Shown here piece by piece: positions 28,484 to 43,402 of a stretch of DNA of 64,000 nt (position 1 is the first letter of the stretch; every line of letters starts with the position of its first letter). The DNA comes from Octopus vulgaris (lineage: Eukaryota). The translations under genes and the position numbers were made by a program. Location: assembly GCA_951406725.2 (NCBI GenBank), contig OX597824.1, forward strand, positions 25,358,001-25,422,000, given 5' to 3'. Below the pieces are notes generated by a model. That model saw only the letters and a list, made by a program, of their open reading frames with translations. It had not been told where the DNA came from and made no database searches.

Positions 28484-28650
28484 TAAATAAAAGAATATTC
28501 ATATATAACAGAAATTTCTGCACATGAACTCAGTTTCTACCCTTGGACAGGTCGCTTTAACCGTGTTTCTGACGTGAATTTGCTACCCTGGTATCGGTTC
28601 ATCGAATTTTCCATGCTGACGGTAAACATAGGATAATTCATTCACCTATA

Positions 28651-28724
<74 letters not shown>

Positions 28725-30020
28725 TATATGTGTGTGTATGTATATCTGTATGTGTATATAAATATATATATATATGTGTGTGTATGTGTGTATGTATGTA
28801 TGTATGTATGTATGCATATATATATTTATATATATAGGCACTTTTGATAAACACTTTTCTCTCGAATTACACAATCGGCATGTGTATTGACAGATCTCTC
28901 GTTGACCTGTATTATATCAAGTTCCGATATAATATAGGTCAAACCATCTACTTGCCGTGACCTCCAAGCATAACCATTCACATACAGGAGAGTTGAGAGG
29001 ATGTCTATGCTTGTGATTACACAAGCACCTAAAACAAATAGTGGAAGCATAGTACAACCTACTAGTGGAGTGGAAGCGAACGTTTTCATGAGGGTAAAAC
29101 CTTTGAGTTTGGTGTATAAGTTTGTACATGCTTGCGGTCCGCGGTGGGTGGGTGGGTGGGGGATGCCAAACTCAAGTTCTGCACCGGAAGTCACAAAATC
29201 TAGCTACGCCATTTGTATAGGTAACAGATATTCTGTGATATATTAGTGTTATTCTTCTTGAGCGGTTACATACGCTACTCATCCTGTTTTAATCCTCTGT
29301 TATACTATAATCCTATTAACATGTCGGAGACTTAGTATTTGACTGGTGTTTTATCTTATTCAGGAGATTGAAAGGCAAATTTGATATCAGTGAGGATTTG
29401 AACCTCAGCCTTAAACATCCACAGCTAAATACAAAAGATATTTTATTCGCCGCTCTAACGGTTTTATCTATCCCCACCTAATTCTAGATGAGAAAGTGGA
29501 CTTAAGTACAGGCCCTATGGAATAAAATAATTGCTTCTATATAGTCATACTGAACATTGATGATGCTGACCCATGGTCAAAACTGCTTCAGCCGTCGTCT
29601 TTCTATATCTATGACTGTATTTCTTTTTTTTAATAAATACTTCCTTTATAATACAGCTGGATGTAACTTTCGGAAGGTTTGTTGCAATTTCTAATCGGTC
29701 GAGTGGCTGCGTAGAATCTTCCCTAATTGTTTAAAGAATACAGTTTTGTGAAAGGACTAAATATTCTTCAGAGCCGAGTGCTTCGTTATCAAGCAGTAAA
29801 ATGGACAGTCAAGGGTACTAAAAGAAGTGGAAGACTTATGCCAAAAAGACAGAGAACAATGCAAAAAGTAAGAGAAGACACAGACTGAGCAGATTTTGAA
29901 ACTGAGGTACGGGATAGACAAGACTAGTGAGAATAAACGGATAGCTTTTGCATCAAAGTGGCTTTGCCGAGAGTAAGCGTATTGATTATAAAGTGCGGTA
30001 TTCTGGCATAAAAGAACATA

Positions 30021-30750
30021 TTAGGCGTAGGAGTGGCTGTGTGGTAAGTAGCTTGCTTACCAACCACATGCTTCCGGGTTCAGTCCCACTGCGTGGCACC
30101 TTGCGTATGTGTCTTCTACGATAGCCTCGGGCCGACCGCAGCCTTGTGAATAGATCTGGTAGACGGAAACTGAAAGAAGCCCGTCGTATATATGCAAAAA
30201 AAAAGAATATATATATGTGTATATGTACGTGTGTGTATATGTGTGTGTGTCTGTGTTTGTCCCTCCCCCCCCCAACATCGCTTTGTAACCGACGCTGGTG
30301 TGTTTACGTCCCCGTAACTTAGCGGTTCGGCAAAAGGGACCGATAGAATAAGTACTAAGCTTACAAAGAATAAGTCCTGGGGTCGTTTTGCTCGACTAAA
30401 GGCGGTGTTCCAGCATGGCCACTGTCAAATGACTGAAACAAGTAAAAGAGTAAAAGAGCCCAATTTCAGCAACGCATATTCAGGGGAAAAAATACTTCTT
30501 AGAACATTCTCCCTGAAGGCGGTGAGCTGGCAGAAACGTTAGCACGCCGGGCGAAATGCTTAGTGGTATTTCGTCTGTCTTTACGTTCTGAGTTCAAATT
30601 CCGCCGAGGTCGACTTTGCTTTTCATCCTTTCGGGGTCGATTAAATAAGTACCAGTTACGCACTGGGGTCGATATAATCGACTTAATCCGTTTGACTGTC
30701 CTTGTTTGTCTCCTCTATGTTTATCCCCCTGTGGGCAATAAAGAAATTAG
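30021..30750 (+). mobile_element. Adjacent SINE family A (30021-30460) and family B (30518-30750) copies
   Basis: Similarity to 4239-4650 and 59925-60155. Confidence 0.85.
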
Positions 30751-31194
30751 AATCATTGGCACGCCGGGCAGAATGCTTAGCGTTGTGGGCAGTAAAGAAA
30801 TTAAAACGTTCTCCCTTTGCGTGTTTAAATCGTTTTCATTGGCTTGTATTAGACGTCCCTGTTTGCTTTCAGAATTTTAGTTAGCCTTTGTTTCATACGT
30901 TCCGAGTAATGTATAGCTTTCCTTTCTTAAATCCCAAATGACTCTGATGCAGGGGAAAATATTTGGAATGTGTACCATTTATGATGCATGAATGTGAGAA
31001 AAATGTCTTACGTATCACACGTGATACACAAGACAAGCAAAAGGGTTAAAGCATATAGCATAAGCTCACCTTAGCCAATAAGACCCGGGGTGGTGTATTT
31101 GAGACATTTTAGACGAAAAAGTGCGTTTTGTAGGCCATAAAGTACGGTAGACTTTAATTGCAATAATGAAGGCAATAGAAAAGTATTCCCTTAC

Positions 31195-31576
31195 CTGTGT
31201 AGTTTGGAGGTATACTCGGAGTAACTGTTGGTTTGTAATCAATTTCTTTTGTAACACAGCCTTGCCATTCTAATTGCCATGAGCGTATACAGCATTTTAG
31301 TGTTAATGAAAATATATTAGCATCTCTACAAAGTCCCTTATATACTCGTCCGTTCAGACAGAGAAAATATCGGCTTGGATTCCAATAATTCTTTAACCAG
31401 TGCGTTTCACATTTCCTACAAGGTAGAATTGGTCGACATGCTACAATAGCTGAACATAACATTGGGTTGTGCTGTGATATTATGGAGGTTATGAAAAGTA
31501 ACATTATCAAACGGCCAACGCTCCGTAGAGAGATGGATGAAAGAGCGAAATTGAAAATATGTCGTGTAATAGACAT
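31195..31576 (-). CDS. Probable first coding exon of the protease gene: hydrophobic leader + CBM14/peritrophin-A-like domain + Pro/Thr linker
   Basis: MSITRH...LIMLLFITSII...KCETHWLKNYWNPSRYFLCLNGRVYKGLCRDANIFSLTLKCCIRSWQLEWQGC...PTVTPSIPPNYT+G|gtaagg; phase 1 joins exon 23636 in frame. The start is uncertain (alternative acceptor at 31415). Confidence 0.65.
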
Positions 31577-31801
31577 GATTATGATTTTGAAGTGATGTAT
31601 CTATCATTTATGTAGACTCTGTTTTTGTTAGTCGTATGTGTGCATGTTCGCGCGCGCGTGTTTGTGTGCGTATATGTGTTTGTGTACGTGCGTGTGTTTC
31701 TGTGTGTAAGTGTGTGAGAGTTTGTGTCAATAGCGAAGAAAAAGTAGATGGGATAGACAGGATAAGAAAGAAGAAAAACTTTCTCGTCATTTCTCGCTTT
31801 C

Positions 31802-31853
<52 letters not shown>

Positions 31854-31904
31854 ACACACATGCACACATTTATTTACACTTACACTCACATATTTAGATG
31901 TGCA

Positions 31905-31935
<31 letters not shown>

Positions 31936-32074
31936 ATGTATGTATGTATGTATGTATACGTAACTCCTTCTCTTTCTCTCTCTCCTCTCTCTCTCTCTAT
32001 ATATATATATAGAGAGAGAGAGAGCGAAAGAGAAGGAGATACGTATACATACATACACACACATGCACATCTAA

Positions 32075-32127
<53 letters not shown>

Positions 32128-32181
32128 ATAAATGATATATAAATATATGCACATATACATACATATATGTACATACCTACA

Positions 32182-32285
<104 letters not shown>

Positions 32286-32565
32286 TGCGTATGTATGTAT
32301 TTCTCTCACCCCCTCTCTCCCTCTCTTTATATATACATCCGTATACAGTATACATGTATATGTATGCATGCATACACCTATGAAATATTTTCCCCAAATG
32401 AAAGCAAAAACAGTCCAAAAGAACGCCATGATTAAATAAACCACGGGAGCAACGAAAGAAACAACGAAATCAAGTAATAGGAATACGAATAATAAAATAA
32501 TAAAATAATAAAATAAGTATGAAATAAAACATACACGTACGTACGAACGCGCAAAGATGAAACAC

Positions 32566-32597
<32 letters not shown>

Positions 32598-33059
32598 TTC
32601 ATTCTAACGCACCGAGAAAGCAATGACAAATCTTTTTATGTTTTTTTTTTATCTTTCGATAATATGAACTTCTATACTTTTAATGTTTTTGTTTTTTTTT
32701 CTTCTTTCTTTACTTCCCGTTAAAATATGTTAATAATACATCAAATTGTCAATCTTATACTGTACATAGAAAAAGTAAAAGTAAAACGAAAAAAGAAACA
32801 AGTTAAGAAATGAAAATCAAAGCCGAGTAACAGTTTATATCGAAAAGTGTGTATAAGACCAATACAGCGTATGAATAGTTCTTTTATATTCACTTCACTA
32901 CGTTGTTTGCTAAAGGAGACATCATTTTAAGAGTTCACAAAGGCCTTTGGTCCGTCCTTGCTTCTACTTCTCAAAATTTTGTCCGTTCCCGTCGCAGTTT
33001 GTTGTTGTTGCAACAGTTGTTGTTGCTGCTGCTGCTGCTGCTGCTAGTTCTGCTACTGC

Positions 33060-33840
33060 TGCTGTGTGGAGGCGCGTGGCTTAGTGGTTAGGGTGTCAGC
33101 ATCATGATTGTAAGATTGTGGTTTCGATTCCTGGACCGGGCGACGCGTTGTGTTCTTGAGCAAAACACTTCATTTCACGTTGTTCCAGTTCACTCAGCTG
33201 GCAAAAATGGAGTAACGCTGCAGTTTGTTGCTGTTGCTACAGTTGCTGCTGCTGCTGCTGCTAGTACTGCTACTGCTGCTGTGTGGAGGCGCGTGGCTTA
33301 GTGGTTAGGGCGTCAGCATCATGATTGTAAGATTGTGGTTTCGATTCCTGGACCGGGCGACGCGTTGTGTTCTTGAGCAAAACACTTCATTTCACGTTGC
33401 TCCAGTCCACTCAGCTGGCAAAAATGAGTAACGCTGCGATGGACTGGCGTCCCGTCCAGCTGGGGAACACATACGCCATAGAAACAGGGAAACTGGGCCC
33501 ATGAGCCCGACTAGGCTTTAGAAGGGCGCATTTATTTGTGGAGGCACATGGCCTAGTGGTTAGAGCAGCAAACTCGCGGTCGAGGGATCGCGGGTTCGAA
33601 TCTCAGACCGGGCGATGTGTGTGTTTATGAGAGAAACACCAAAGCTCCACGCGGCTCCGGCAGGAGGTAATGGCGAACTTCTGCTGACTCTTTCGCCACA
33701 ACTTTCTCTCACTCTTTCCTCCTGCATCTTGCATCTCACCTGCGACGGGCCGACGTCCCGTCCAGGTGGGGAACCTATGCGCCAAGGAAACCGGGAAACC
33801 GGCCCTTATGAGCCAGGCATGGCTTGAGAAGGAACAAACA
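33060..33840 (+). mobile_element. Cluster of tRNA-derived SINE heads, including a 217-bp tandem duplication
   Basis: gtggaggcgcgtggcttagtggttaggg...ctggcaaaaatg at 33066 and 33283; a third head at 33538. Confidence 0.8.
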
Positions 33841-35039
33841 TACGGCTGCTGTAGTTGTTGTTGTTATTGTTGTTTCGTCAGGAAGGCGTGTGGTTTTGTG
33901 GTTACGGTGTTTGGTTTACGATCATAACGTCGTAGGGTGGTTCGAGTCCTTGACTTGTTAGTGCGTTGTTTCTGCCAATAAAGCACTTTATTTCACGTTG
34001 CTGCCGGTTAAGGTTTTCCTCCACCTCCTCCTCCCCTCCTCCCCCTCCTTCCCCCTCCTCCACGTCATTATCATCATTATTATTATCATTACCCATTTCT
34101 TGACTACCCACAAGGGGCTAAACACAGATGAGACAAACAAGGACAGACAAACGGAATAAGTCGATTACATCGACCCCAGTGCGTAACTGGTACTTAATTT
34201 ATCGACCCCGAAAGGATGAAAGGCAAAGTCAACCTCGGCGGAATTTGAACTCAGAACGTAACGGCAGACGAAATACGGCTACGCATTTCGCCCGGGGTGC
34301 TAACGTTTCTGCCAGCTCGCCACCATCATTATTATTATCATTACCATCATCGTCGAAATTATCATCATCAGTATCATTTGGTGTCTGTTTTCCATGGTGG
34401 TACGGGTGGACGGTTTGACAGGATTCGACGAACTGTGAGGCTGCGCCGCGCATGCTTTCAACGGATGGATGCCCTTCCTTACCCCAAACATTTTACAGTG
34501 TGTACTGAATGCTTTTGTCGTGCCTGTGGCACTAGTGGGGTCTTCATGTAAGCCGTAGTACAAAAAGAGCAGAAAGCTCTTTTTTCCATCTAGCTGAAGC
34601 ATTATAGACGTTCCACTGGATTTTCCCTGCGAGGGCAGAGAGAACGGGGGTCTACGTCTGCTCGTAGCTGCACAGACACCTATAACAATATTAAAAAGCA
34701 AAGATAATGCGACTAAGATACCATCGATTGCGTGTGACAGTAACGAGTTGTCTCAACACAGATCAGTTTTGATAAAGCAGACTAGCTTAAGGTGACCCGC
34801 TCTACGCGCGGGTGAGGGTGTGGTTGTTACTTTCTGTTGCTTCCTTTCTATTGCTTCCTTTCTGTTTCTTATCACTACATTCTCCCTCTTTGTTTCTCTC
34901 TCACTTTCCCACTCTCTTACTCTCCTTTCTCTCTGACTCTCCCTCGCTTTCTCTTACTCTCTATCTTTCTCTATCTATATCATTCCCATTTATAAAAAAC
35001 AAAAGATTTTGAGTAAGTTCAAAAAGAAAATATTTTGAA

Positions 35040-36270
35040 AGATCAATCATAAATATCAGGCAGTGACAACAGAGAGCACACTTGCCTTTTGTACGAGCCA
35101 CTGTTTGAGCGATTAGAAATAAGGAAAAAAGGGATTTCTTTGTTAAATTTAGTACTTATTTTGGGAATTTTTCGACGATTGACCATGCAAATGAAAATTC
35201 TAAGCACGGGCTACATGCAACTGTAAATTTCTTTCAGAAAAAATGAAAACTGTAAACAATAAAAAATAAAAGACAAAAATACGTAAAAATGAGAAAATTT
35301 TCAACTTAAAAATCTTGCCTTAATTTTCAAAATTTCGAACCCATTTTCTGCGCTTAAATTACAAATCCGCTTCCACTTTACCATGTTGAAAATTTGATTG
35401 AAATCAGGTAAAAGGTGTTCAATCTAGACCCCCAAGTGTCCCCCAAAATCAATAAAATCCCCGTTTTCACAGCAAAGCAACCACTGTAGCGCCCCCAAAA
35501 CGTCTCCCAATCAATTTCTCACCTCAAGTTACCCCCTCCTGTAAATTTTAATCCCCTTCCAGCCCCATTTAGACCCCCTTTTTTTTTACCTAAAAATCAA
35601 TTTATATCAACGTTGGCCTTCTTCATTTTATAGATTAGATTAGATGCCAATCGTGCTAATCTGGAGGGGCTTATAGCCACCCCCCCCTTGAATCGATAAA
35701 AAATCACTCTTTTCACCATAGCAACCGCATCTTTCCAGATGGCGAGTTTTAACCTACTCAACTCTCTGTCTCATCACACCTATGCCTGTGTCAAATTTCA
35801 GCTCGATCCGATCACTGGTCTGGCCGCCAACCCATGACGTAGCAAAATGTGCACACAATTTTGACCCAAAGCTTCTTATATATATAGATAGCAGAGAAAC
35901 CCGGTCTTGCTCGGGATTAAAATAGTTTACTATTGTTTTATTTGTTTCGGTATTATAACCCGATTTCATTCGGGTCTACGCGGGCCACACATTAAAAGAT
36001 AAGAAATTTTGCCCTAGAGGCCACACTTTTCAATTGAGCAAACTCAAAGTTGCCATGCAAACTCGCTAGGACTTTTAACATAGGTGTGCAAATTTTCAGC
36101 TAACACTTTTGCCTGTATAACTGCTTGTGAGACAACGTCCGCCCTTTTCACAAATATATAGTAGATTTATAGAGATACCCGGCCTTGCTTGGGATTAAAA
36201 TGGCATAGGTTTTCATTGTTTTACTTGTTTGGTTAATATAACCCGATTTCATTCGGGTCTACTCGGGCCA
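35040..36270. mobile_element. Nested Helitron-like non-autonomous elements
   Basis: Termini ttttatatatatagat / agcagagaaacccggtcttgctcgggatt repeated at ~35875-35920 and ~36155-36200; boundaries approximate. Confidence 0.5.
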
Positions 36271-36329
36271 CAACTAGCTGAAAGGACGGAACAATATCTG
36301 ATTCTTCTCATTTTCCTTTTCTTTCTCAA

Positions 36330-39300
36330 ACATGGCCTTACCCGGAAGACGCAACGTGAAGACGCTCAGCCTGTTGTTGCCTTGGTAGCAGACCATCTGC
36401 TCAACGACTTCAAGTAACAAGATATAAATTTGGCATCCATCATCAAACCCAGAATTTCTGAGGCGCTAATCTTCATGCCTACCTTCAGCGACTTCAAGAT
36501 CAACGCATTTCCAAGTTGGGTGTGACTGAAAGAGTGTGCTGCTGTGTTGTTTCGGAAACGTCTGGATCTCATGATACAAACTATCTTCATGGATCCAGAA
36601 GTCAATAGCGAAAGCTATATTTTTAGACTAGTAGTTTTCTACGCTCGAACAGGGACGAGGGTGGCCAGATATCTGCGTGCAACTCGAAGTTATCCTTGGA
36701 ACGTCCGGCTCCTTACTGCTAGGGATGATTGAAACGTTATATTAGATACAGAAATGGACTGTGGGATTATTAGATGATAGGAGAGGGGTTTTAAACCGGT
36801 TCGGACCTTTCGAACTGTTTGAGATGTACTGACGGGATTTCCATATTGTGCTATGTGGACATGGAAAAACCGTATCAGGTCATCCACATCATATCTAGAT
36901 AGTGTTCTGCAGGCTAGTAAATAGACAGCATAGAGTGTCCACAAATCAAAGTGGTTAGCTTGACAGATCACAAATTTGTGATTTATACGCTTGATTTTAT
37001 ATAAACTTCATAGGCAGGGATCCAGCTACTGGAAACTAGATGCGTTGTTTCCGGAATATCGAGCTTACAAAGATCAAATTATCGAATTAACTAATTAGGC
37101 TAGGTTTAGGAGAGACTCGTTAACAACAAATAGTAGTTCACTTTGAAAAGAGCGATTAGAGTAGAATTGGCAGTTTAGTAAGGAAGTTGTGACAGAGAAA
37201 ACTGCAATAAAGACAGAACAAGATAGAAATCTAGAAGAAGCACTGAGAAAAGTGATCCCGACCGATGAGCTTGCGGCAAAATTGGCTGTCGACCATTTTT
37301 CTTCGATTCGATGCAAGAGGCCTGCTTTGGCAGGTCTAAGGTGCGTTGTCTAAGACGCGAAGGAACGAAATTCATTCATTGTGTCTGAGTGGTGCAGGTG
37401 CAACAATACAACAAAACCACCATACAGTTTTCCTTGTACTCTGATTACTTTGATGGCCTGCTACTTCTTTCATCGGCGGAGTGTTGCGAAAGGCCGATAA
37501 CATCCGCTGAAACACAGAAAGTGATGACTGGCTCTACGAGGGACAAATTGCTCGGTTTTGGTGGGTTGCCTGTGAGCTTTATCCTATGTAAGACTTCCAT
37601 GTCTGTGAACCTAGGAGCAGTAGTGCTGCTGACAAAGGACCAAAACCAAAAGAATTTCGTTGATATTTTTCAGCCAAAAATTCTGCTGAATGCAGACATT
37701 AAAGTATTGACCAATGGCTCAGTGGTTAGAGCGTCGAGCTTACGATCGTGAGGTTGTGAGCTCGAATCCCGGACCGGGCTGCGTGTTGTGTTCTTGAGCA
37801 AAGCACTTTATTTTCACGTTGCTCCAGTTCACTCAGCTGTAGAAATGAGTTGCGACGTCACAGGTGCCAAGCTGTATCGACCTTTGTCTTTCCCTTGGAT
37901 AACACTGGTGGCGTGGAGAGGGGAGGCTGGTATGCATGGGCGACTGCTGGTCTTCCATAAACAATCTTGCCCGGACTTGTGTCTAGGAGGGTAACTTTCT
38001 AGGTGCAATCCCATGGTCATTCATGACCGAAGGGGGTCTTTACCCTTAGTGAATAGTTGGCACTTGTCGGAAGTTTGTCAGTGGTACAAAAACTTGCACC
38101 AACCCGAACAGATCTGTTCACGACATTCTCCATCGCATGCGATACATTACAGAGAGAGTGGGTAAGGCTCCTTATATGGGTGGGTAGCTGAACAACACGG
38201 GTCAATCAAAATCTTCTATGAAGTTGACGCCAATTCTTGGAGGTTGTCCTCGCAGTAAACGATTACCAATCAGCTCCCAGTGCCTAAATCACCACATTGT
38301 GCAACATCTACTCTGTGGTCAGAATAAACAGCCACTTATCGAGAACGTTCAGTATTATGCACTCAGTGCGTCAAGGTTGTCTTCTCGCATTTCTTCTGTA
38401 TATGCTGACTATAGAGCAACTACTACAGAAACTTAAAGTTTCTGTAGTAATATGCTAAAGATCTATGTGAGCATACGCAGACGATAAGACAGTATTTGTA
38501 TCGGAGACCGAGAACACCGCTCTAAGAGACGGTGAGGCAGTGACAGGAGCAAAACTCAAATAAGAAAAGTCAATGGGTCTGCATCTAGACAGGTAGAAAG
38601 GCAGACTCATGCCATCCAACATCGTGAGGTGTTGGACAGACAGACCATTTAAATTGCGCGGAGTCTAGTTTCGCCCAGACTTCTTAGTAGAAAAGAACTA
38701 CTACGATATAATGAGCAAGGTAACTGTCTCATACAAAAATGGGCCAAGAGGAAACTGTCGCCGAAGGGTCACACAGAGGTGGAGAACGCCATCATTATGG
38801 TTCTCTGTCGTTGTCATCTGACTGTCGTAACTTGCTCACTTTTGACGAGGCTGGAACATCAGTGAAAAAGACGCTTCACTGGTCTGCTGCCAACACTTGC
38901 TACGTAAAACTGAATATACCGTGACCTGTATTGTGCATACATTTGCTGAAATTACATAATCTCTAGCGAATCGTTGGTGGTGAAGAGATAAAGTTGCCGT
39001 TTGTCAGACACGACTTTTCTATGCTTATCTCTTTAACAGAGCTGTTGGGGAGCTTAGCCTCTTGACTGTCGTCAGGCGCTCACGGCACGCTACCTGCCGG
39101 ACAATGCGGTTGGCTGAAATTCTACATTGGCGTTCTAAAGAAGATTAGTGGCGGGTAGAAGAGACGACGATTAGCAAAAATTTGGGCGTCACAGAAAACC
39201 AACTAAGTTTATCTTGAAGAATTCCCGTTCGAGATGCATGAAGAACGACGAAACGGTTCTACATGCACTTGCCCGAGCTATGTCAAACAGCACCTGCCAC

Positions 39301-41540
39301 CTGTCGGTCGATTCCGGCCATCATCTCGCTACTGAGTCCTTTGTGAAAAGCTCATCACCACCTCCTTTAGCTGAGAAGAGTGGTGATGGCGAAAAGGATT
39401 GTGGGGAGAATATAATCGTAAGTGTTGAGGACAGGGAGTTTTCACCTTTAGCTAGATTCTTGTCAGTGAGGGCGCGTGGCTTAGTGGTTAGGGCATTCGG
39501 CTCATGATCGTAAGGTTGTGAGTTCGATTCCCGGCGACGCGTTGTGTCCTTGAGCAAGGCACTTTATTTCACGTTGCTCCAGTCCACTCAGCTGGCAAAA
39601 ATGAGTTGTACTTGTATTTCAAAGGGTCAGCCTTGTCACTCTCTGTGTCACGCTGATTATCCCCGAGAACTACGTTAAGGGTACACGTGTCTGTGGAATG
39701 CTCAGCCATTTGCACGTTAATCTCACGAGCAAGCTGTTCCGTTGATTCGGATCAGCTGGGACCCTCGTCGTCGTAACCGGCGGAGTCTTTTTTTTTTTTA
39801 AGATTCTTGTCAACTTTTTCAAGTTTCACTTGTAAAGGTGTGAGGATGGAAATGGACGTACTGATTTCAAGTAAGTTCGTTCAAAAGTTGATGAGGATTG
39901 TGGGCATGGTCCGAGTAAACGGGCCTCTGCTAAGAATGTGCCATTAGAATCGAAGCTAAAAAGCTAGTTGGGGGCACTTGCCTTAGTGGGCAGGGTGACT
40001 GTTCTTTTGTGGGGTTTCCACGGATGGCACTTGCAAGTCTCCTCTCAACTAGGAAACTTTCATTGTTTAAAATGTTATTGTTGTTGCTTACTTTTTGTCT
40101 ACATGTAGAACCCGACTTCTGTTTTTGTAAGGTTGTCCTGGAAACGTCCTCGTTGCTGTATGTTCCCTGGTGTACTGAATTTTGTACCACTACTGCAGAT
40201 ACAAGAGCTATTGGATGGAGATAACCCGCACGAATTGGGAGATAAAAGACTCGTGTCGGCGTACAGGGATGATGTCACATCCATAGGATCAGACACAAAG
40301 CACATCGAGCTGATTGTTACTGCTCTAAAGGACAACGAGACGGTGTAAAGAGCAAAATTTAACCATGAAAAGTCTTCGGGCCTACAGCTCAACACTTGGT
40401 GGGACAGTACCAACGGCATTCGGGGCCACTGGACGCCCCGGTTAAATTGCTCGCAGCTTAGTCTGGTCCATATCTCCAGCTAGAGAAGAACTGGGACCAG
40501 GTGACGAGCAGGAGAGCCAATCTCACCCAGAAATGAACCGAGAAAAAGCTATTCCCGAAAGATCGAGCAAAGGCGGAAAACGTTTACATCTCATCCATAA
40601 TATATTTCCGCTTGACTGTCGTTCCACACCAGCTGACAGATCACCGGACTGGCATAGCCACTCTTCCGCTTTCTGTGGAAGAGACGTGTCCCTAGTTAGC
40701 CACTGCACTTCATGTCAACATCTGTTGCATGTAGATGTGCGCATGCTGTGGATGGTGATACGCAGACATGCGCTGAGGTTATGATATACCCAACGTTTCC
40801 TTGGTGAGGAGCAGATGTGGTCGGCGTTTATGAAGTCCTGTTTTCAAACCACTTATCTTTCCGACTGAGCAGCAGTCCTAGATTAAGCATCGGTCAAGGT
40901 AGGATGCCTGAAACCTCAAGTGTTGTCAGGTACTGAAAACCCTCTGCTAGTCAGGCAATATTGTTGGTATAATTTCTACATTGGTGTTCGGTAGAGAGTT
41001 AATGGATAGCAAAGGTAATGACATTCTAGGGATGATTTTGGACATCGATGAAGATCAGTTGGTTAGCTCTTTCCAGAGGACTCGGAAATCTCTTGCCTGG
41101 TAAGACTACCAGTATTATCAGTTCGAGATAATCTCGCCTGACAGTCGGGTTTGGCTGAGAAGCGCGCCGAGTGATGAAACTGTTCTACATGCACTCGTCC
41201 AGGGTCTGAGCGTTTCTGATTTGTAGAATTATGTCAAACTTCCTGTCGTGTGTAGAATGTATCCATCTACGATCGGAGTCCATTCGTTTGGCTGCGGATG
41301 CTAGGCAGTGTTTATCTGTTTGATGGCCATTGCGAAAGAGGTTGTTTACTGGACCATTCTGAAACAGCTGAAGTTGCATACTTTCCTCAGTGTCTAGGCC
41401 TTCAAGAAAATCAACAGGAGATGCAAACTCTGCTCCGAGGAATCCCTGTTTATTTAAGGAGATCATTAATAGAATTTCTGAATGAATCTCAAGGTGCTTA
41501 TATACTTATAAATGCACTTTCGAACAATGCAGAGGGAATG
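36330..41540 (+). mobile_element. Highly degraded Tx1/L1-clade LINE with SINE insertions (37712-38047, 39468-39790)
   Basis: Endonuclease-like FRLVVFYA (36620-36643); RT-like GCP..SSLLYVP and VSAYRDDVT (YADD box) at 40130-40280; many stops and frameshifts. Confidence 0.6.
38493..41264 (+). repeat. Segmental duplication copy A (matches 61230-64000)
   Basis: Offset 22737 (22736 after a 1-bp indel); about 5 differences seen by eye over ~2.77 kb. Confidence 0.95.
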
Positions 41541-42217
41541 AATTTGAATAGCCGTTAACCACATTTATGATCATAATTTATCTTAAGGTATGGATGAATT
41601 TAATCTAACTCTAGCCTACCCCATTCTTCCAAATAATAAGTTGCTATTCAATTCACTGTGTGGACGTTGTACACCAAACCACGTGTGTGCGTATGCTAAT
41701 ATATCTTCATAGATGTTTGTAAGAGCCATACAATCTAAGCGAGAGCATTTTACATCCGTATCTATTAACGGTTATGTTTAATACTTTTTTGCTGTATTGA
41801 GTATTCGTTACTTTTGGCATTTGTTATTTATTATCGATCTTATATAAAAATGAAGCTGTATCTTTTTAATTTGCTGCTTTTCTATACACAAGCCGAGAAG
41901 ATATCTTGCCGAACAGTTATTATTTTAACGAGATGCATCTTGTAATCACCTGAAGAGAAGCATCTTGCACCGTCAGATAATTCAAAACCAGTGAAGTATC
42001 CAAATCCGTGTGGGAGCAAGGCTTGGTGGGTCGAAACAATGATAGTGACTGATAAACATTCTCATATCTACCATCTTCCAATTCTCTCATTATTCACACA
42101 CACACACACACACACACATACGCACACACACGCACACACACGCACACACACACATACACATTATATATATATTCATACATAATTTACATACATATATATA
42201 CATGTATACATATATAC

Positions 42218-42274
<57 letters not shown>

Positions 42275-42370
42275 TATATACATATATATTTATAATGCAT
42301 ATATATATATATATATATACATACATATATATATATACATATATATATAAATATATACATATATGTAATG

Positions 42371-42425
<55 letters not shown>

Positions 42426-42429
<4 letters not shown>

Positions 42430-42727
42430 CGCAATGGTCCAGAGGTTAGGGCAGCGGACTCGCGGTCGTAGGATCGCGGTTTCGATTCCCAGACCGGGCG
42501 TTGTGAGTGTTTATTGAGCGAAGAAACCTAAAGCTCCACGAGGCTCCAGCAGTGGGTGGTGGCGGTCCCTGCTATACTCTTTCACCACAACTTTCGCTCA
42601 CTCTTTCTTCTGTTTTCCTGCTTGTTTAGCCAGCGGGGTGGCGTCATTTGGAGGCTAAAACAATGCGAAGCGCATTGTGATCAGCGATGTGTAGCAGCAT
42701 CTGATAGCCTCGTCGGTTACGGTGATC
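42426..42727 (+). mobile_element. tRNA-derived SINE, family C
   Basis: gaggcgcaatggtccagaggttagggcagcggactcgcggtcgtagg head. Confidence 0.8.
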
Positions 42728-42748
42728 ACATATACATACATACATACA

Positions 42749-42784
<36 letters not shown>

Positions 42785-42952
42785 CACGCTTTCGTCCATT
42801 CTGGTGGAGTTTTCAAATTGAACTAAGTTCTTGTGGAAAAAGTTTGACCATTTTATAGTGTTATTGAGTGTGTAGTGGTGGGGAGGGATATAAGATAGTA
42901 CAAGAGGGTGATGAATGGGGAGAAAGTGAGAGAGAGCATGTGTGTGTGTGTG

Positions 42953-43006
<54 letters not shown>

Positions 43007-43342
43007 GAGAGAAAGAAGACCATAAATTGTATTTCCATTTTATCTTTGTCTTGAAAGAGAGAGTGCGTGTGCGTGTGTGTTTATGTGCGCGCGTGTGTGG
43101 TGCGTGTGTTTGTGTCTTTGTATCTGAAAGAGGTGTTAGGGAGGAATGGTCAAGTTGTTAAGAGTAACCAGTCATTGGCTTTTAGTAATGTTCTAGAGTG
43201 CCACTTTTGCTTATATTTTTGCAACTGTAAATGATTTTTGGTTTTTAGAAATTGGCAATTTCAAAAAAGAATTGTTAGGATTTCTTTTTATTATTGTTTT
43301 GTGAAGGTGTGTGTGTGTGTGTGTGATTGTGTGTGTGCGCGC

Positions 43343-43402
<60 letters not shown>

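Noticed and set aside
28826-29246. 122-aa and 81-aa ORFs in unique-looking intronic sequence
   Set aside because: No recognisable motif and no phase-compatible splice sites found.
31070-31151. Possible extra protease exon ending in a strong AG|gtgagc donor
   Set aside because: It would need a ~43-nt intron and ends in phase 2, incompatible with the phase-1 acceptor at 23636.
33060-33620. tRNA-like sequences (also 14383, 37712, 39468, 42426, 57440)
   Set aside because: They continue into shared SINE bodies and lack a proper acceptor stem; these are SINE heads, not tRNA genes.
38421-38449. Small perfect palindrome tactacagaaact-taa-agtttctgtagta near the duplication breakpoint
   Set aside because: Too short to interpret; lies ~45 bp from the breakpoint but could be chance or a repair scar.
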